DNA of 64,000 nt from Planctomycetota bacterium (GTDB lineage: Bacteria > Planctomycetota > PLA2 > JAEUHO01). The notes beneath the pieces were generated by a model. The model had not been told where the DNA came from and searched no databases. It worked only from the letters and a program-made list of their open reading frames with translations. Location of the stretch: the NCBI GenBank assembly GCA_965223505.1, contig CBDCWP010000005.1, positions 1-64,000 of the forward strand. The letters are read 5' to 3'. Positions 18,488 to 29,882 of the stretch are shown piece after piece; the first letter of the stretch is position 1; each line of letters starts with the position of its first letter. The translations under genes were made by a program, and so were the position numbers.

Positions 18488-19867
18488 GTGTTCTTCATCG
18501 CCGCTTCCGAGGTCTCCGGCGCAACGACGGCGCTGTTCGGCGCCTTGCTCGTCGGCCTGATCGTCGCGCTGGCGATGGAGGAGAAGCTGCACGCCAAGAA
18601 GTCGGTGATCGCCGGCCTCTTCGCGATCGTCGGGCTCCTTCTGGCGCAGATCTACCAGCTGATGCCGGGCTCGGTCGAGGTCACCGTCGGCCACACGAAG
18701 TTCGTCCTGCCGAGCTACATCGAGTCGATCAACTGGGAGGTCATCGCGATCATCCTGGGCTCGAGCGTCTTCGTGGACGTCACGTCGAAGTCCGGCCTGT
18801 TCACGTGGATCGCGATCAAGCTGACGAAGGCGTCCAAGGGCGACCCGCGCAGACTGCTCTGGTTCTACGGCGTGATGACGGTGGTCTTCTCGGCGGTGTT
18901 GAACAACGTCACGGCGATGATCATCGTCGGCTCACTGACCGCAGTCTCGCTGGACCGGCTCGCGCGCGCCGAGAAGATGCTCGGGTTCCTGATGGTCGAG
19001 GCATTGTTGACGAACATCGGCGGGCTGCTCACGCTGATCAGTTCCGTGCCCAACATCATCGTCGGCAGCGCGGCCGGCATCTCCTTCGTCGAGTTCTTCC
19101 TGACGGCCGCGCCGTACGTCCTGGTCGCGACCGTGTTCACCATCGCCCTGGGCGCACGACTGTTCCGCATTCCCAAGCTGGTCACGGACGAAGAGAAGGC
19201 GGAGGCCCAGCGGCTCGTCGAGAGCTTCGACGAGAACGACGGCATCGAGTCGCGAGGCTTCTTCTGGTTCGGCGCGATCATGACGGTCGCGTTCATCGGC
19301 GTCATCGCCACGACCTCGGTGCTGCCCTACGTCCGGGAGCTCGGCATGGGCTACGTGGCGCTGGCGTTCGCCGGCATCATGCTGATTCGCTTCAAGGCCG
19401 TCGCCGACCGTTTCTACAAGGCGATCGACTGGGACCTGCTCGGCTTCTTCAGCGCGCTCTTCATCGTGATCCACGTCGTCGAGGAGGCGCGCGTTCTGCA
19501 CGTGATCGGGCAGGGCATCGAGCAGCTCATCGGGCTCGGCCCGGTCCTGGGAACGGGCCTCGTGCTGGTCGGGGCCGCGCTGTTCAGCTCCGTCACGGAC
19601 AACATCCCGCTCTCCGCCATGCTCGCGAACATCCTCTCGGGGCTGGGCACGAGCGGCGACTCGGCGCTCTGGTGGGCCGTCGTCTTCGGCGCCAACCTGG
19701 GCGGCAACCTCACGCCCATCGGCTCGGCATCGACGCTCGTCGCCGTGACGATCATGCACAAGCACGCGCTGCCGATCACGTTCGCGAAGTTCGTCCGGAT
19801 CGCGCTGATCTACGCGGTCTTGCAGATCGCGCTGGCGGCCGTCTACGTTCTGGTTGCGCTCCAGTAG
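18488..19867 (+). CDS. ArsB/NhaD/SLC13-type ion-transporter permease
   Basis: Many TMs; SAVLNNVT, SSVTDNIP, GANLGGNLTPIGSAS. Confidence 0.88.
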   Translation: MFFIAASEVSGATTALFGALLVGLIVALAMEEKLHAKKSVIAGLFAIVGLLLAQIYQLMPGSVEVTVGHTKFVLPSYIESINWEVIAIILGSSVFVDVTSKSGLFTWIAIKLTKASKGDPRRLLWFYGVMTVVFSAVLNNVTAMIIVGSLTAVSLDRLARAEKMLGFLMVEALLTNIGGLLTLISSVPNIIVGSAAGISFVEFFLTAAPYVLVATVFTIALGARLFRIPKLVTDEEKAEAQRLVESFDENDGIESRGFFWFGAIMTVAFIGVIATTSVLPYVRELGMGYVALAFAGIMLIRFKAVADRFYKAIDWDLLGFFSALFIVIHVVEEARVLHVIGQGIEQLIGLGPVLGTGLVLVGAALFSSVTDNIPLSAMLANILSGLGTSGDSALWWAVVFGANLGGNLTPIGSASTLVAVTIMHKHALPITFAKFVRIALIYAVLQIALAAVYVLVALQ

Positions 19868-19952
19868 GGGCCCGAGGGTTCCCGCGAGGGCCAATGTCGG
19901 GGGACCGCGGGGATCTTCCCTATACTGAGCGTGCCCTACGTTCGGAGCCTTC

Positions 19953-20582
19953 ATGCGCCGCGCCCCCGTCCCTTCGATGCTCGCTACGGTTTGCCTCGCC
20001 GTGCTGCTCGTCGCCTGCGGCGGCGACAAGAAGGACAAGACGCCCATTCAGGGATCCATGCTGCTGGGCAGCGAGCCGCTCGACGGCTCCGTCAACGGGA
20101 ACGGCGTCATCGACATCAACGACGACGCGGTCGCCGGCGACAACGTCGGCAACGCCGAGGTGCGCGGCTTCATCAGCTTCGACATCTCGGTCATCCCGGC
20201 CGGCGCCCAGATCGTCGAGGCGATCCTGACGGTCACGCAGAACGCCGTAGCAGGCGACCCGTACGGCTTGTGGGGCCCCTGCGAGATCGACCACGTCACG
20301 CTCGGCGGCGCGCTCGACGCGGGTGACTTCACCGGCGGCTCGCTCAACCTGAACATCGGCCCCATCTCGACCGACGCGTCGCTGAGCGCCAAGACGCTGA
20401 ACGTGACGGCGCAGGTTGCGCTCGACATCACCCAGGGCCGTTCCTTCACCGACTTCCGGCTGCACTTCAACGGCATGCCGGGCTCGAATGCCGACGGCGT
20501 CGAGGACTCGGCTCGCTTCGGCACCTCCCTGGGGCCCAACGTACCGACGCTCGAGGTCACCTATCTCACGTTCCCGCCGTAG
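19953..20582 (+). CDS. Hypothetical lipoprotein (beta-sandwich, DNRLRE-like)
   Basis: Lipobox LVAC; RGFISFDISVIP...AILTV...PTLEVTY. Confidence 0.6.
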   Translation: MRRAPVPSMLATVCLAVLLVACGGDKKDKTPIQGSMLLGSEPLDGSVNGNGVIDINDDAVAGDNVGNAEVRGFISFDISVIPAGAQIVEAILTVTQNAVAGDPYGLWGPCEIDHVTLGGALDAGDFTGGSLNLNIGPISTDASLSAKTLNVTAQVALDITQGRSFTDFRLHFNGMPGSNADGVEDSARFGTSLGPNVPTLEVTYLTFPP

Positions 20583-20722
20583 GACGGGGCGGGCCGGCCC
20601 GGTCGCGCCTGGACGCCTTCGGAGCGCGTCGAGATGTCGCCCCGAGGCGGGTCGGCAACGGGCTCCGTTGCGCGCGCGCCCTCGATGTGCTACCCCGGTG
20701 TCGGTTGCAAAGGGAGATCGCG

Positions 20723-21466
20723 ATGCTCAAGAAGGCAATGATCGCCGCCGTGCTCTTGGGATGCATGGTGGGCATGGGGACGGGCTGCGGCGGGAGCGAC
20801 GCGCTCTTCGAGCCGTTCGCCTTCCTGGCCGGCGCGTGGTTCGGAACCATCACGACGGACTCCGGGCCGACGACCATGGAGTGGATGATCGCCTCGAACG
20901 GCACCATCGAGGAGGTGCGTGAGGGCGGAGGTCTCCTGAGCGGCGTCACCGGCACGATCGTGTCGGACCAGGGCAACGCCTATCAGGCGACGCTGAGCGA
21001 CGGCCGTCTGTTCCGGTTCCTCCTGCACTCGTCGTTTCTGTGCATGGGCCTCGTGTACCTCACCGCCAGCGAGTTCCATCTGGGGATCCTCGAGAAGGGC
21101 TCGACCTCGCTGCCCGCGTATTCCGAGGCGATGATCCGCAACCGGCTCTGGGCGGGCGCCGTGATGTCGTTCACCGTCGGCTTTCTCTTAGCACAGCTCT
21201 TCAACGGCAGCCTGCTGACCGACGCGTCGGGCGGGTTCACCGGCCAGTACAGCAACGGCGAGACGTTCACGGACGGCGGAAGCCCGTTCACTCTGTCGGA
21301 CGCCGTCTTCGGCATCTGGACGGCGGGCTACTTTCTGAACGCGGTCGCGGTCGGCTTCATGACGGCGCTGCTGAGCCCGAGCGGACGCTTCATGATGTTC
21401 GGCGCCGCCAAGGGGGTCGCCGCACCACTCGACGAGGTGTACTGGGGACTGTTCGAGGAACAGTAG
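20723..21466 (+). CDS. Hypothetical lipoprotein
   Basis: GGGAG RBS; signal peptide ending GTGC; coding-like codon usage. Confidence 0.6.
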   Translation: MLKKAMIAAVLLGCMVGMGTGCGGSDALFEPFAFLAGAWFGTITTDSGPTTMEWMIASNGTIEEVREGGGLLSGVTGTIVSDQGNAYQATLSDGRLFRFLLHSSFLCMGLVYLTASEFHLGILEKGSTSLPAYSEAMIRNRLWAGAVMSFTVGFLLAQLFNGSLLTDASGGFTGQYSNGETFTDGGSPFTLSDAVFGIWTAGYFLNAVAVGFMTALLSPSGRFMMFGAAKGVAAPLDEVYWGLFEEQ

Positions 21467-21472
21467 CCGCGG

Positions 21473-22012
21473 TCAGCGCGGCGCCCATTCTTCCGCGAGC
21501 AACGCCCAGCGCTCGTGGTCCGACCAGCGGCCCGCGATCTTCAGGTACTTGCGTGACAGGCCTTCCAACCGAAAGCCGGCGCGTTTCACGAGCGCGATCG
21601 AGGCGGTGTTGTGGGGCATGATGTTCGCCTCGACGCGGTGTAGCGAGCACGTCTCGAACGCGTGCCGCAACGCGAGCTGCAGCGCGTCCCCCATGTAGCC
21701 CCTGCGCGCATACGGGGCGCCGATCCAGTACCCCAGCATCCCGTTGCGGAAGACACCGAGCACGATGTTGTTGATGTTCATGCAGCCGACGATGGCATCG
21801 TCCTCATTGCGGCAGACGAAGAACTTGAGGTTGTGCCCGTCGTCACGCAGCCGGATGATCCGGTCGAAGCGCGACTCGCCGCGCTCGGGAACACGCGGCT
21901 CCCAAGGCGCGAGGAACGCGCGGCTTTGCTCGACGAGCGCGTCGAACTCGACGCGGTCCTCCGATTCGGGACGACGCAGGTACACCCGCTCGCCCTGCCG
22001 AACGCGCTGCAT
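21473..22012 (-). CDS. RimJ/RimL-family GNAT acetyltransferase
   Basis: LGYWIG, RRGYM, LHRVEANIMPHNTAS, GRWSDHERWA. Confidence 0.88.
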   Translation of the reverse strand: MQRVRQGERVYLRRPESEDRVEFDALVEQSRAFLAPWEPRVPERGESRFDRIIRLRDDGHNLKFFVCRNEDDAIVGCMNINNIVLGVFRNGMLGYWIGAPYARRGYMGDALQLALRHAFETCSLHRVEANIMPHNTASIALVKRAGFRLEGLSRKYLKIAGRWSDHERWALLAEEWAPR

Positions 22013-22978
22013 CTACGCGCGTTCCAGGTGCTCGTTGATCAACCGCTCGAGCGTCTTGGGATCCAGCTTGCTGCCGCCGATGCGGGGGGAGCCGCCGATC
22101 GTGTTGCTGCCGCCCCAGCCGTCGGCCCCGTGTGAAATGCCCTCTACCTCGTTGAGGCGCCGGAAGAGCTCGTCGATGGGGAATCGGACGAAGGGCGACA
22201 TCCGGCCGAGCGTATACGTCCACGAGCCGTCGTCGTTGTCGCGCACGGAGACGAATGCGCGCACACCCGAGGAGAAGAGCTCCGTGCGCGCATGCGGCCC
22301 GTGCTCGACGATCATCTTCCAGCCGGGTCCGCCGCCGATCTCTTCGAGGTCGGTGTCCAAATCGACTTCCTGGCCGTCGCCGTCCGCGAGCATCGTGATG
22401 CGATCGCAGACGGTGTCGATCAAGGCGCGCATGTCGTCGGCCGTCATGTCCGGCACCTTGCCGGCGGTGCGCGCGTCGAAGTAGGGTCCGAACACCCATG
22501 CCATCTGCCGCATGCCGGGCCGGTTCGGCGCGACGGGATACGCGCCCCCGGTGCAGTCGAGAATGTCCTCGGCGAGCAAGAGCCGCGCGAGCGGCTGCAC
22601 GATGCGCGCATTGGCGATCCGCCCGGGGTTGCGAAGCAACCAGACGGCGAGGCAGGTGTCCTGATCGGGATCGTTCACGAAGACGTGGGCGTGCGGATCG
22701 CCGTCCTTCTGGAAGACTTCGAAGAACCCGACGGAGATCGCCATGAACACCTGCATGCACGTGCTGCGTGTGGCGAGCCGGTCGACGTCGGCGTGGTGGT
22801 CGAAGTTGGCGTGAGGTCCTTTGGGGTCGAACGCGGGCGCACCGATCACGTAGCCGTCCAGCGCGATCGAGTACGGCGGGTTCTCGGCGCGGAACGCGTC
22901 CCAGGTCTTGCTGACGCGGGGCTCGACGTGCAGTTCCATCGCCGTCACGGTATCAAGTTCGCGGATCGGGCGCGTCAT
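22013..22978 (-). CDS. Hypothetical protein, DHH-like motifs in permuted order
   Basis: IALDG, NFDHH, RSTC, then NDPDQD; C-terminal GWGGSNTIGGSP. Confidence 0.55.
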   Translation of the reverse strand: MTRPIRELDTVTAMELHVEPRVSKTWDAFRAENPPYSIALDGYVIGAPAFDPKGPHANFDHHADVDRLATRSTCMQVFMAISVGFFEVFQKDGDPHAHVFVNDPDQDTCLAVWLLRNPGRIANARIVQPLARLLLAEDILDCTGGAYPVAPNRPGMRQMAWVFGPYFDARTAGKVPDMTADDMRALIDTVCDRITMLADGDGQEVDLDTDLEEIGGGPGWKMIVEHGPHARTELFSSGVRAFVSVRDNDDGSWTYTLGRMSPFVRFPIDELFRRLNEVEGISHGADGWGGSNTIGGSPRIGGSKLDPKTLERLINEHLERA

Positions 22979-23648
22979 GTCCGTTGTGCTCGAGCAGATA
23001 GGCGACGGCTTCGTCGCAATCGTCCGTCTCGCGCGCCATCACCTCGTTGTGCGCGATCGTGCCGGCCTGCAGCATCTTGGTGCGGATGAAGTCGAGCAGC
23101 GGCGCCCAGTAGTCCATCCCCATCACGACGATCGGAACGGGGGTCATCTTGCCGGTCTGCTGCAGCGTGGCGGTCTCGAAGATCTCGTCGAGCGTCCCGT
23201 AGCCGCCGGGCATGACGACGACGCCCGACGAGTACTTCAGGAGCATCACCTTGCGCACGAAGAAGTAATGGAAGCTCACGAGCCGTTCGACGTACGGATT
23301 CGGCTCCTGCTCCACCGGCAGGACGATGTTGCAGCCGACCGAGATGCCGCCGGCCTCGCGCGCGCCGCGGTTGGCGGCCTCCATGATGCCGGGTCCCCCG
23401 CCGGTGACCACCGCGTAGCCGGCGCGCGCGAGCTTGGCGCCGAGCTCGCGGGCGAGGCGGTACCAGCGATGGTCTTCGTCGAAGCGCGCCGAGCCGAAGA
23501 CGGTGATCGCGGGCCCCAGGTCGTACAGCGCGCGAAAGCCGCGGACCATCTCGTCGAAGACGTGGTTCGCGCGCTCGAGGTCGGTCTGGAGCTCGTCGGG
23601 TCCCCGCAGGAGCGACTCGATCGCGGATTCCTTGCGCTTCGCGTTCAC
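22953..23648 (-). CDS. LOG-family (TIGR00730) nucleotide phosphoribohydrolase
   Basis: VFGSAR, TGGGPGIMEAAN, FFVRK, PGGYGTLDE. Confidence 0.92.
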   Translation of the reverse strand: MNAKRKESAIESLLRGPDELQTDLERANHVFDEMVRGFRALYDLGPAITVFGSARFDEDHRWYRLARELGAKLARAGYAVVTGGGPGIMEAANRGAREAGGISVGCNIVLPVEQEPNPYVERLVSFHYFFVRKVMLLKYSSGVVVMPGGYGTLDEIFETATLQQTGKMTPVPIVVMGMDYWAPLLDFIRTKMLQAGTIAHNEVMARETDDCDEAVAYLLEHNGHDAPDPRT

Positions 23649-23710
23649 GCGGGGATTCGACGGCCGTCCGGGACCCTTGTCAAGCGGACGCGCGGGTAGG
23701 ATGCGCAGCC

Positions 23711-25054
23711 ATGCGCAACTGGGTTTGGCTCGCGGTCTGTTGTTCGATGATCGGCTCGGCGGAGGCGGAGGAACCCGTTGCCGGGAAACCGGTGCCGGAG
23801 CTGCGGCTGCCGACGATCGATCGCGACAAGACCATCGGCCTGCACGGGCTGCGCGGCAAGAAGGTGTTGCTGATCGAGTTCGCGTCGTGGTGAGCGGGCT
23901 GCCGCAAGCACGTGCCGGTCTGGCACAAAGCGACCAAGAAGTGGCGCGACAGCGGCGCGCTCGCGCTCGTCGGCATTACGCAGGAGCAGCATCCCGACCG
24001 CTGCCGCCTGTTCGCGCAGTGGCACGGCATCGACTGGCCGATCCTGTGGGACCCGTTCAACATGACGGGCTCGAAGGTCGTTCCGCGTTTCTTCCTGATC
24101 GACGAGCACGGGATCGTGCGCTCGAAGCGCGCGAACCCGGAGTCGATCGAGGAGATGTTCCTCTCGAAGGCCTTCCCGAAGCCCGCGTCGTTCCCGCAGC
24201 ACCCGAAGGGGACCGGCAGGGAGCTGATCGAGTGCCTCACGACGCCGAAGGACGACCCAGAACACGCGATCTACCGCGCGCTCTCGGATCTGTTGTGGCC
24301 GCCGAAGCCGGGTGATTGGTCGGCGATCGACGTGCTGAGCAACGCGGCGGCGGACACGGAGAGCGCCTTTGGGCGGGCCACGATCTTCAGACTGGGTGCG
24401 GCGCACTGCCTGCGGCGCGACTCGCCGCAGCGCGCAGCCGGCGACTTCGAGCTCGCGCTGCGAAGCTGGGGGCTGGCGCTGAAGGCGGACCCGCAGCAGT
24501 ACATCTGGCGCCGGCGCATCCAGCAGTACGGGCCGCGCATGGACAAGCCGTATCCCTTCTATGACTGGGTTTCGAAGGCGCAGGCCGACATCCGCGCGCG
24601 CGGCGAGACGCCGATCGAGCTGCCGGTCGCCTTGACGGCGGCGGAGCTGGCCAAGCGCAGCGGCGATCCGGAGCCGGGCGTCGGAGACGAGGAACCGGAC
24701 CCGAAACGCCAAATCGAGAGCATGGACGGCGTGGTTCGCATGGAGAGCGCGGTGGCGTTCGACACGAGCCGGCGCAAGGCGAGCGCGGCGCGGGTCCATC
24801 TGACGCTGTGGCCGGGAAAGCAAACGGTGAAGTGGGATCCGGCGGCCGGCGTGCCCCGGGTATGGCTCGCGGGCAAGCTGGTGAAGCCCCGGTTCGCGGT
24901 GCGGCCGGGCGCCGGCATCGCGTTCGAGCTGGACGCGACGTTCGAGGCGGGCGTGCCGCTGCGGGGGTACGTGCTGTACTACGCGTGTCTGGACGACACG
25001 GGGCAGTGCCGGTACCTGCGGCACGATTTCGAAGTGAAGGTGGAACGGCCGTAG
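23711..25054 (+). CDS. Secreted TlpA/peroxiredoxin-like selenoprotein (UxxC; Sec at TGA 23891-23893)
   Basis: ORFs 23711-23893 and 23912-25054 are in one frame; readthrough gives KKVLLIEFASW-U-AGC-RKHVP at the WCxxC site; downstream hairpin. Confidence 0.85.
23912..23926 (+). promoter_or_regulatory. Putative bacterial SECIS hairpin
   Basis: GTGCC-GGTCT-GGCAC; loop starts 24 nt after the UGA. Confidence 0.7.
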
Positions 25055-25102
25055 CTCGCGGGCGACCTCGAGGGTCGCCAGCACCGGTTGCTGTGGATCG
25101 GT

Positions 25103-25173
25103 GTAGGGGCAGCCCTTGTGGCTGCTCATTTCAGGGACACGCCTCATTGGGCGGCCACAAGCGCTGCCCCTAC
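25103..25173. repeat. Inverted REP doublet (REPIN-like)
   Basis: GTAGGGGCAGCCCTTGTGGCTGC ... GCGGCCACAAGCGCTGCCCCTAC. Confidence 0.75.
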
Positions 25174-25203
25174 AGCATCCGACATTCGGGTAGTCTCCCC
25201 CCC

Positions 25204-26106
25204 ATGACACACAGCCGGATCGCCCTGTTGTTGTCCGTCGTCGGGTTCTCGTTGGCGATGATCGGCGGTGCGGTCGCGCTATCGAGCTACGTGGAGGCGG
25301 AGAACGAGCGGCGGTTGATGGCCGCTGCTGCTCAGACGGAACTCGAAGTGGCGAAAGCACGAGAGCGGCTCATTCGGCTCGCGAAACTCGTCACGACGTT
25401 CGACTCAGAAGACGGTTGGGTGCCGTTGGAGGAGCTATCCGCTTCCGAGAAAGCGCAGACACACATCGCTGCCTACAAGCTCGCGAATTCGAAGTGGCGG
25501 ATCACATGCGTGTGTACGCTCACGAAGGTCGGAAAAATCGAGTCCTGGAGTCATCGACTCGACGATCGATTTCTGGACTTGATCAATCAAACCTCCTTCA
25601 CGAACAAGCGCCGGTACACAACCTGGTTCGAGCCGGAAACATCTGGCGGAGTCAGGCTGCACGTCGCATTCTTCGGTTCTCAGAACTCCCGGGGAGGCAC
25701 GCTACACCATGCCTCGACCCCGATTCACGCCCCACAGGGCACGGGGTTGCTCGCTCGCTGCGAGGTCGTGAACGGCTGGTACGTGCACGAGGCGTTTCCC
25801 GTTCACGAGGCGTCGAATTCGATGACGGGTGCCACGGGCTGGCCAAGCCGTGAGTTCCTTCGTCCAGCGGATCTACCGGGCTCGGACGTAATACCCGAGA
25901 GCCCGGGTGTGGGCTTCATGAAGCAGATCGACCCATCCGCGCGCCTCGTCATCCGCATCCCCCCATCCGGTCCGCCGCCCGGCGTCGTCACCATCTGGAC
26001 CCTCGCCGTCTCGATGTCCCTGATCGCGCTCGCGCTGTTCGTCGTGCGAGGACGCAGATCCGATGCGGACATCGAGGGGCCGGCCGCAACGACCACGCCT
26101 CGTTGA
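25204..26106 (+). CDS. Hypothetical membrane protein
   Basis: N- and C-terminal hydrophobic helices; no recognisable motif; weaker codon bias than neighbours. Confidence 0.5.
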   Translation: MTHSRIALLLSVVGFSLAMIGGAVALSSYVEAENERRLMAAAAQTELEVAKARERLIRLAKLVTTFDSEDGWVPLEELSASEKAQTHIAAYKLANSKWRITCVCTLTKVGKIESWSHRLDDRFLDLINQTSFTNKRRYTTWFEPETSGGVRLHVAFFGSQNSRGGTLHHASTPIHAPQGTGLLARCEVVNGWYVHEAFPVHEASNSMTGATGWPSREFLRPADLPGSDVIPESPGVGFMKQIDPSARLVIRIPPSGPPPGVVTIWTLAVSMSLIALALFVVRGRRSDADIEGPAATTTPR

Positions 26107-26264
26107 CGGCGGCTCGGCGGACGACCCCCGTCCGGTCACGCCGGATACCGAGCCCGGTTCGCGATCTCATCACTCTGGAATCTCACCAAACCGCTTCATC
26201 CAGCCGCGAGCCGAAAGTCGACCGACACCCCGAATGTGATGCAATCGAACCGGGCTCGCGTGGA

Positions 26265-27926
<1,662 letters not shown>

Positions 27927-27967
27927 GGACCTACGGTAGAGGCCCCGCTAGGCGGCGCCAGAAACGG

Positions 27968-28276
27968 TCAGGCGGGCGGATTGCTCTTGATGAGGGCGAT
28001 GGCCTTGGCGGCGTCGATGCGCACGTCGGGGTTGTCGCCTTCGAGCGCCTCCTGGAGCAGGGGCAGCGCTTCCTCGCCGATCTCGGCGAGCTGTTCGATG
28101 GCCTCTTCGCATTGGATGGGATCGCCTTCGTGGAGCACGGCGATGAGAGCGGCGGGGTCCGGCGTGACGACGCCGGGTTCCTCGTCGGCGGGCACTTTCC
28201 AATATTCGCCTTCGGGCAGCTGCGCCTCGCCTTCGTCCTCGGGTCGTTCGACGGGCTCTTGCTCTTGCTCGGACAC
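27968..28276 (-). CDS. Small acidic HEAT-repeat protein
   Basis: GGAGG RBS; AIEQLAEIGEEALPLLQEALEGDNPDVRIDAAKAI. Confidence 0.65.
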   Translation of the reverse strand: MSEQEQEPVERPEDEGEAQLPEGEYWKVPADEEPGVVTPDPAALIAVLHEGDPIQCEEAIEQLAEIGEEALPLLQEALEGDNPDVRIDAAKAIALIKSNPPA

Positions 28277-28400
28277 GTTGGGACCTCCGGCCGGGGATGA
28301 TACGCGATCCCGGTCCCGCCGGCATCCCGCCGTGATTCCCGGCGACGACGGCAATCGAACCGGGGAACCCCCCGAGCCACATTCGGCTACCATCCCCGCG

Positions 28401-28835
28401 ATGCGCATTCTGGGTTTCTTCGCCACATGTCTGTGCCTCGCCGCCTGTGCCGAGGAGGAACCGGTCTTCCTGCCCGGCTTGGCCTTCGTCGACGCGTACG
28501 AAACCGCGTACGAAGCCAATGACGCGCAAGCGTTCTTCAAGCTCCACACCAAGGCTTCGCAGCGCCACCTCGTCACGCACGGCATGCCGGAGAACCGCGA
28601 GCGCACCCCCGAGGGTTGGTTCATGGAGTTCCGGCGACAGATCGACCCCAAGGCGCCGTCGCCGCTCGGCGGGCCCTACGCGCGCGAGCGCCGCGAAGGC
28701 GGCAAGGTCATCTGCGTCATCCGCCAGGCCGGCGGCACGAAGGAGCGCGAGCTGACACTCGTCGAAGAGGACGGCGCCTGGAAGCTCGACCTGCTCGACA
28801 CGTACATGCCGTTCGTCGAACCGGATCGTCACTAG
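28401..28835 (+). CDS. Hypothetical lipoprotein (NTF2-like)
   Basis: Lipobox LAAC; ends with LVEEDGAWKL. Confidence 0.65.
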   Translation: MRILGFFATCLCLAACAEEEPVFLPGLAFVDAYETAYEANDAQAFFKLHTKASQRHLVTHGMPENRERTPEGWFMEFRRQIDPKAPSPLGGPYARERREGGKVICVIRQAGGTKERELTLVEEDGAWKLDLLDTYMPFVEPDRH

Positions 28836-28863
28836 GAACCGCTGCTCGCGGGCCCACGTTGCT

Positions 28864-28889
28864 GTCGGGGCGGGGCTTGACCTCGCCCG
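28864..28889 (+). repeat. REP-like palindrome (degenerate)
   Basis: GTCGGGGCGGGGCTTGACCTCGCCCG between convergent genes. Confidence 0.6.
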
Positions 28890-28916
28890 CGAACGACAGC
28901 GCGCACACGCATGTAC

Positions 28917-29882
28917 CTAGTCCGCGACCCCGCCGCGCTCCTTCAGCTTCTTGATGCGGTCCGGCTCGTTCTCGACCAGCCAGGTGTCTTTCGACAGCTT
29001 CTCGTACGCCGTCTTGTAGTGCGGCGCGGCCTCGTCCTTGCGATCGAGCGCCCACAGGCACTCGGCGATCTCCTCCGACGCGTATCCCGCCTCCGGCTCG
29101 CCGGCCGCTTCGTACTCCGCGAGCAGGGCGAGCTGCGACTTCAGCGCCTCTTCCGTCTTCCCGCTCTTGCGTAGCGTCTGTCCGATGAACCACTTCGCGA
29201 CGCGTGCGCGCTGGACGTTCTCCTGCGCCTCGCAGAACGCGCGCATGTTCTCGAACAGCCCCATCGCGAGGTCGTACTCGCCCCGCTGCAGACGCGTGTA
29301 GCCCTGATTCTGGTACATCGTCGCCAGCCACGCGCGCGCGCGCTCCTGCTTGGACGCCTGTGCGATGTGGATCGCGAGGTCGTTCCACGCGATCGCCTCT
29401 TCCTTCTCCGCGTCCGTCTCGAGCTTCAGGATGTACGCCAACATGTGCACGGCATCGACGGCGTAGAGGTCGGCGCCCGCCTTCAGGGCCCCCGTGTACG
29501 CGCGGATGAAGTGCGGGCGCGACGCGTCGGGCTTGCCGGACGAGTTCAGTGTCCGACCGCGCTCGAGCGCCGAGCGAACGCGGCCGACCTCGCAGCCGTC
29601 GGCCTTCAAGATGTCGTCGGCTTCGTCGAGCAGCGCGTGCGCGCCTTCGTAGTCCTTCTGCAGCCCGCGTGCGCGCGCGATCTGCGTGAGCAGCTCACCG
29701 AGGTAGTTCGGGTCGTTCGCCTCGCGCGCCCGCGGCAGGATGTCGCGCAGCACCTTCTCCGTGTCCGCCGGCTTGCGCCACTTCAGCAGCGGATACAGAT
29801 CCGGCAGCTTCTCCTCCTCCGCCATGCCCCATCCTCCCGCGCAGACCACGGCCGTCATCGTCAGTCCGGCAACGAATCGCAT
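28917..29882 (-). CDS. TPR-like helical repeat protein
   Basis: ELLTQIARARGLQ, LERGRTLNSSG, AVDAVHMLA; TAATG coupling to the M18 gene. Confidence 0.75.
   Translation of the reverse strand: MRFVAGLTMTAVVCAGGWGMAEEEKLPDLYPLLKWRKPADTEKVLRDILPRAREANDPNYLGELLTQIARARGLQKDYEGAHALLDEADDILKADGCEVGRVRSALERGRTLNSSGKPDASRPHFIRAYTGALKAGADLYAVDAVHMLAYILKLETDAEKEEAIAWNDLAIHIAQASKQERARAWLATMYQNQGYTRLQRGEYDLAMGLFENMRAFCEAQENVQRARVAKWFIGQTLRKSGKTEEALKSQLALLAEYEAAGEPEAGYASEEIAECLWALDRKDEAAPHYKTAYEKLSKDTWLVENEPDRIKKLKERGGVAD

Noticed and set aside
23891..23893. Genome-wide UGA reassignment to Trp or Gly
   Set aside because: Many genes here end in TGA, including ATGA/GTGA overlaps, so UGA is a normal stop; readthrough appears only at redox-site positions
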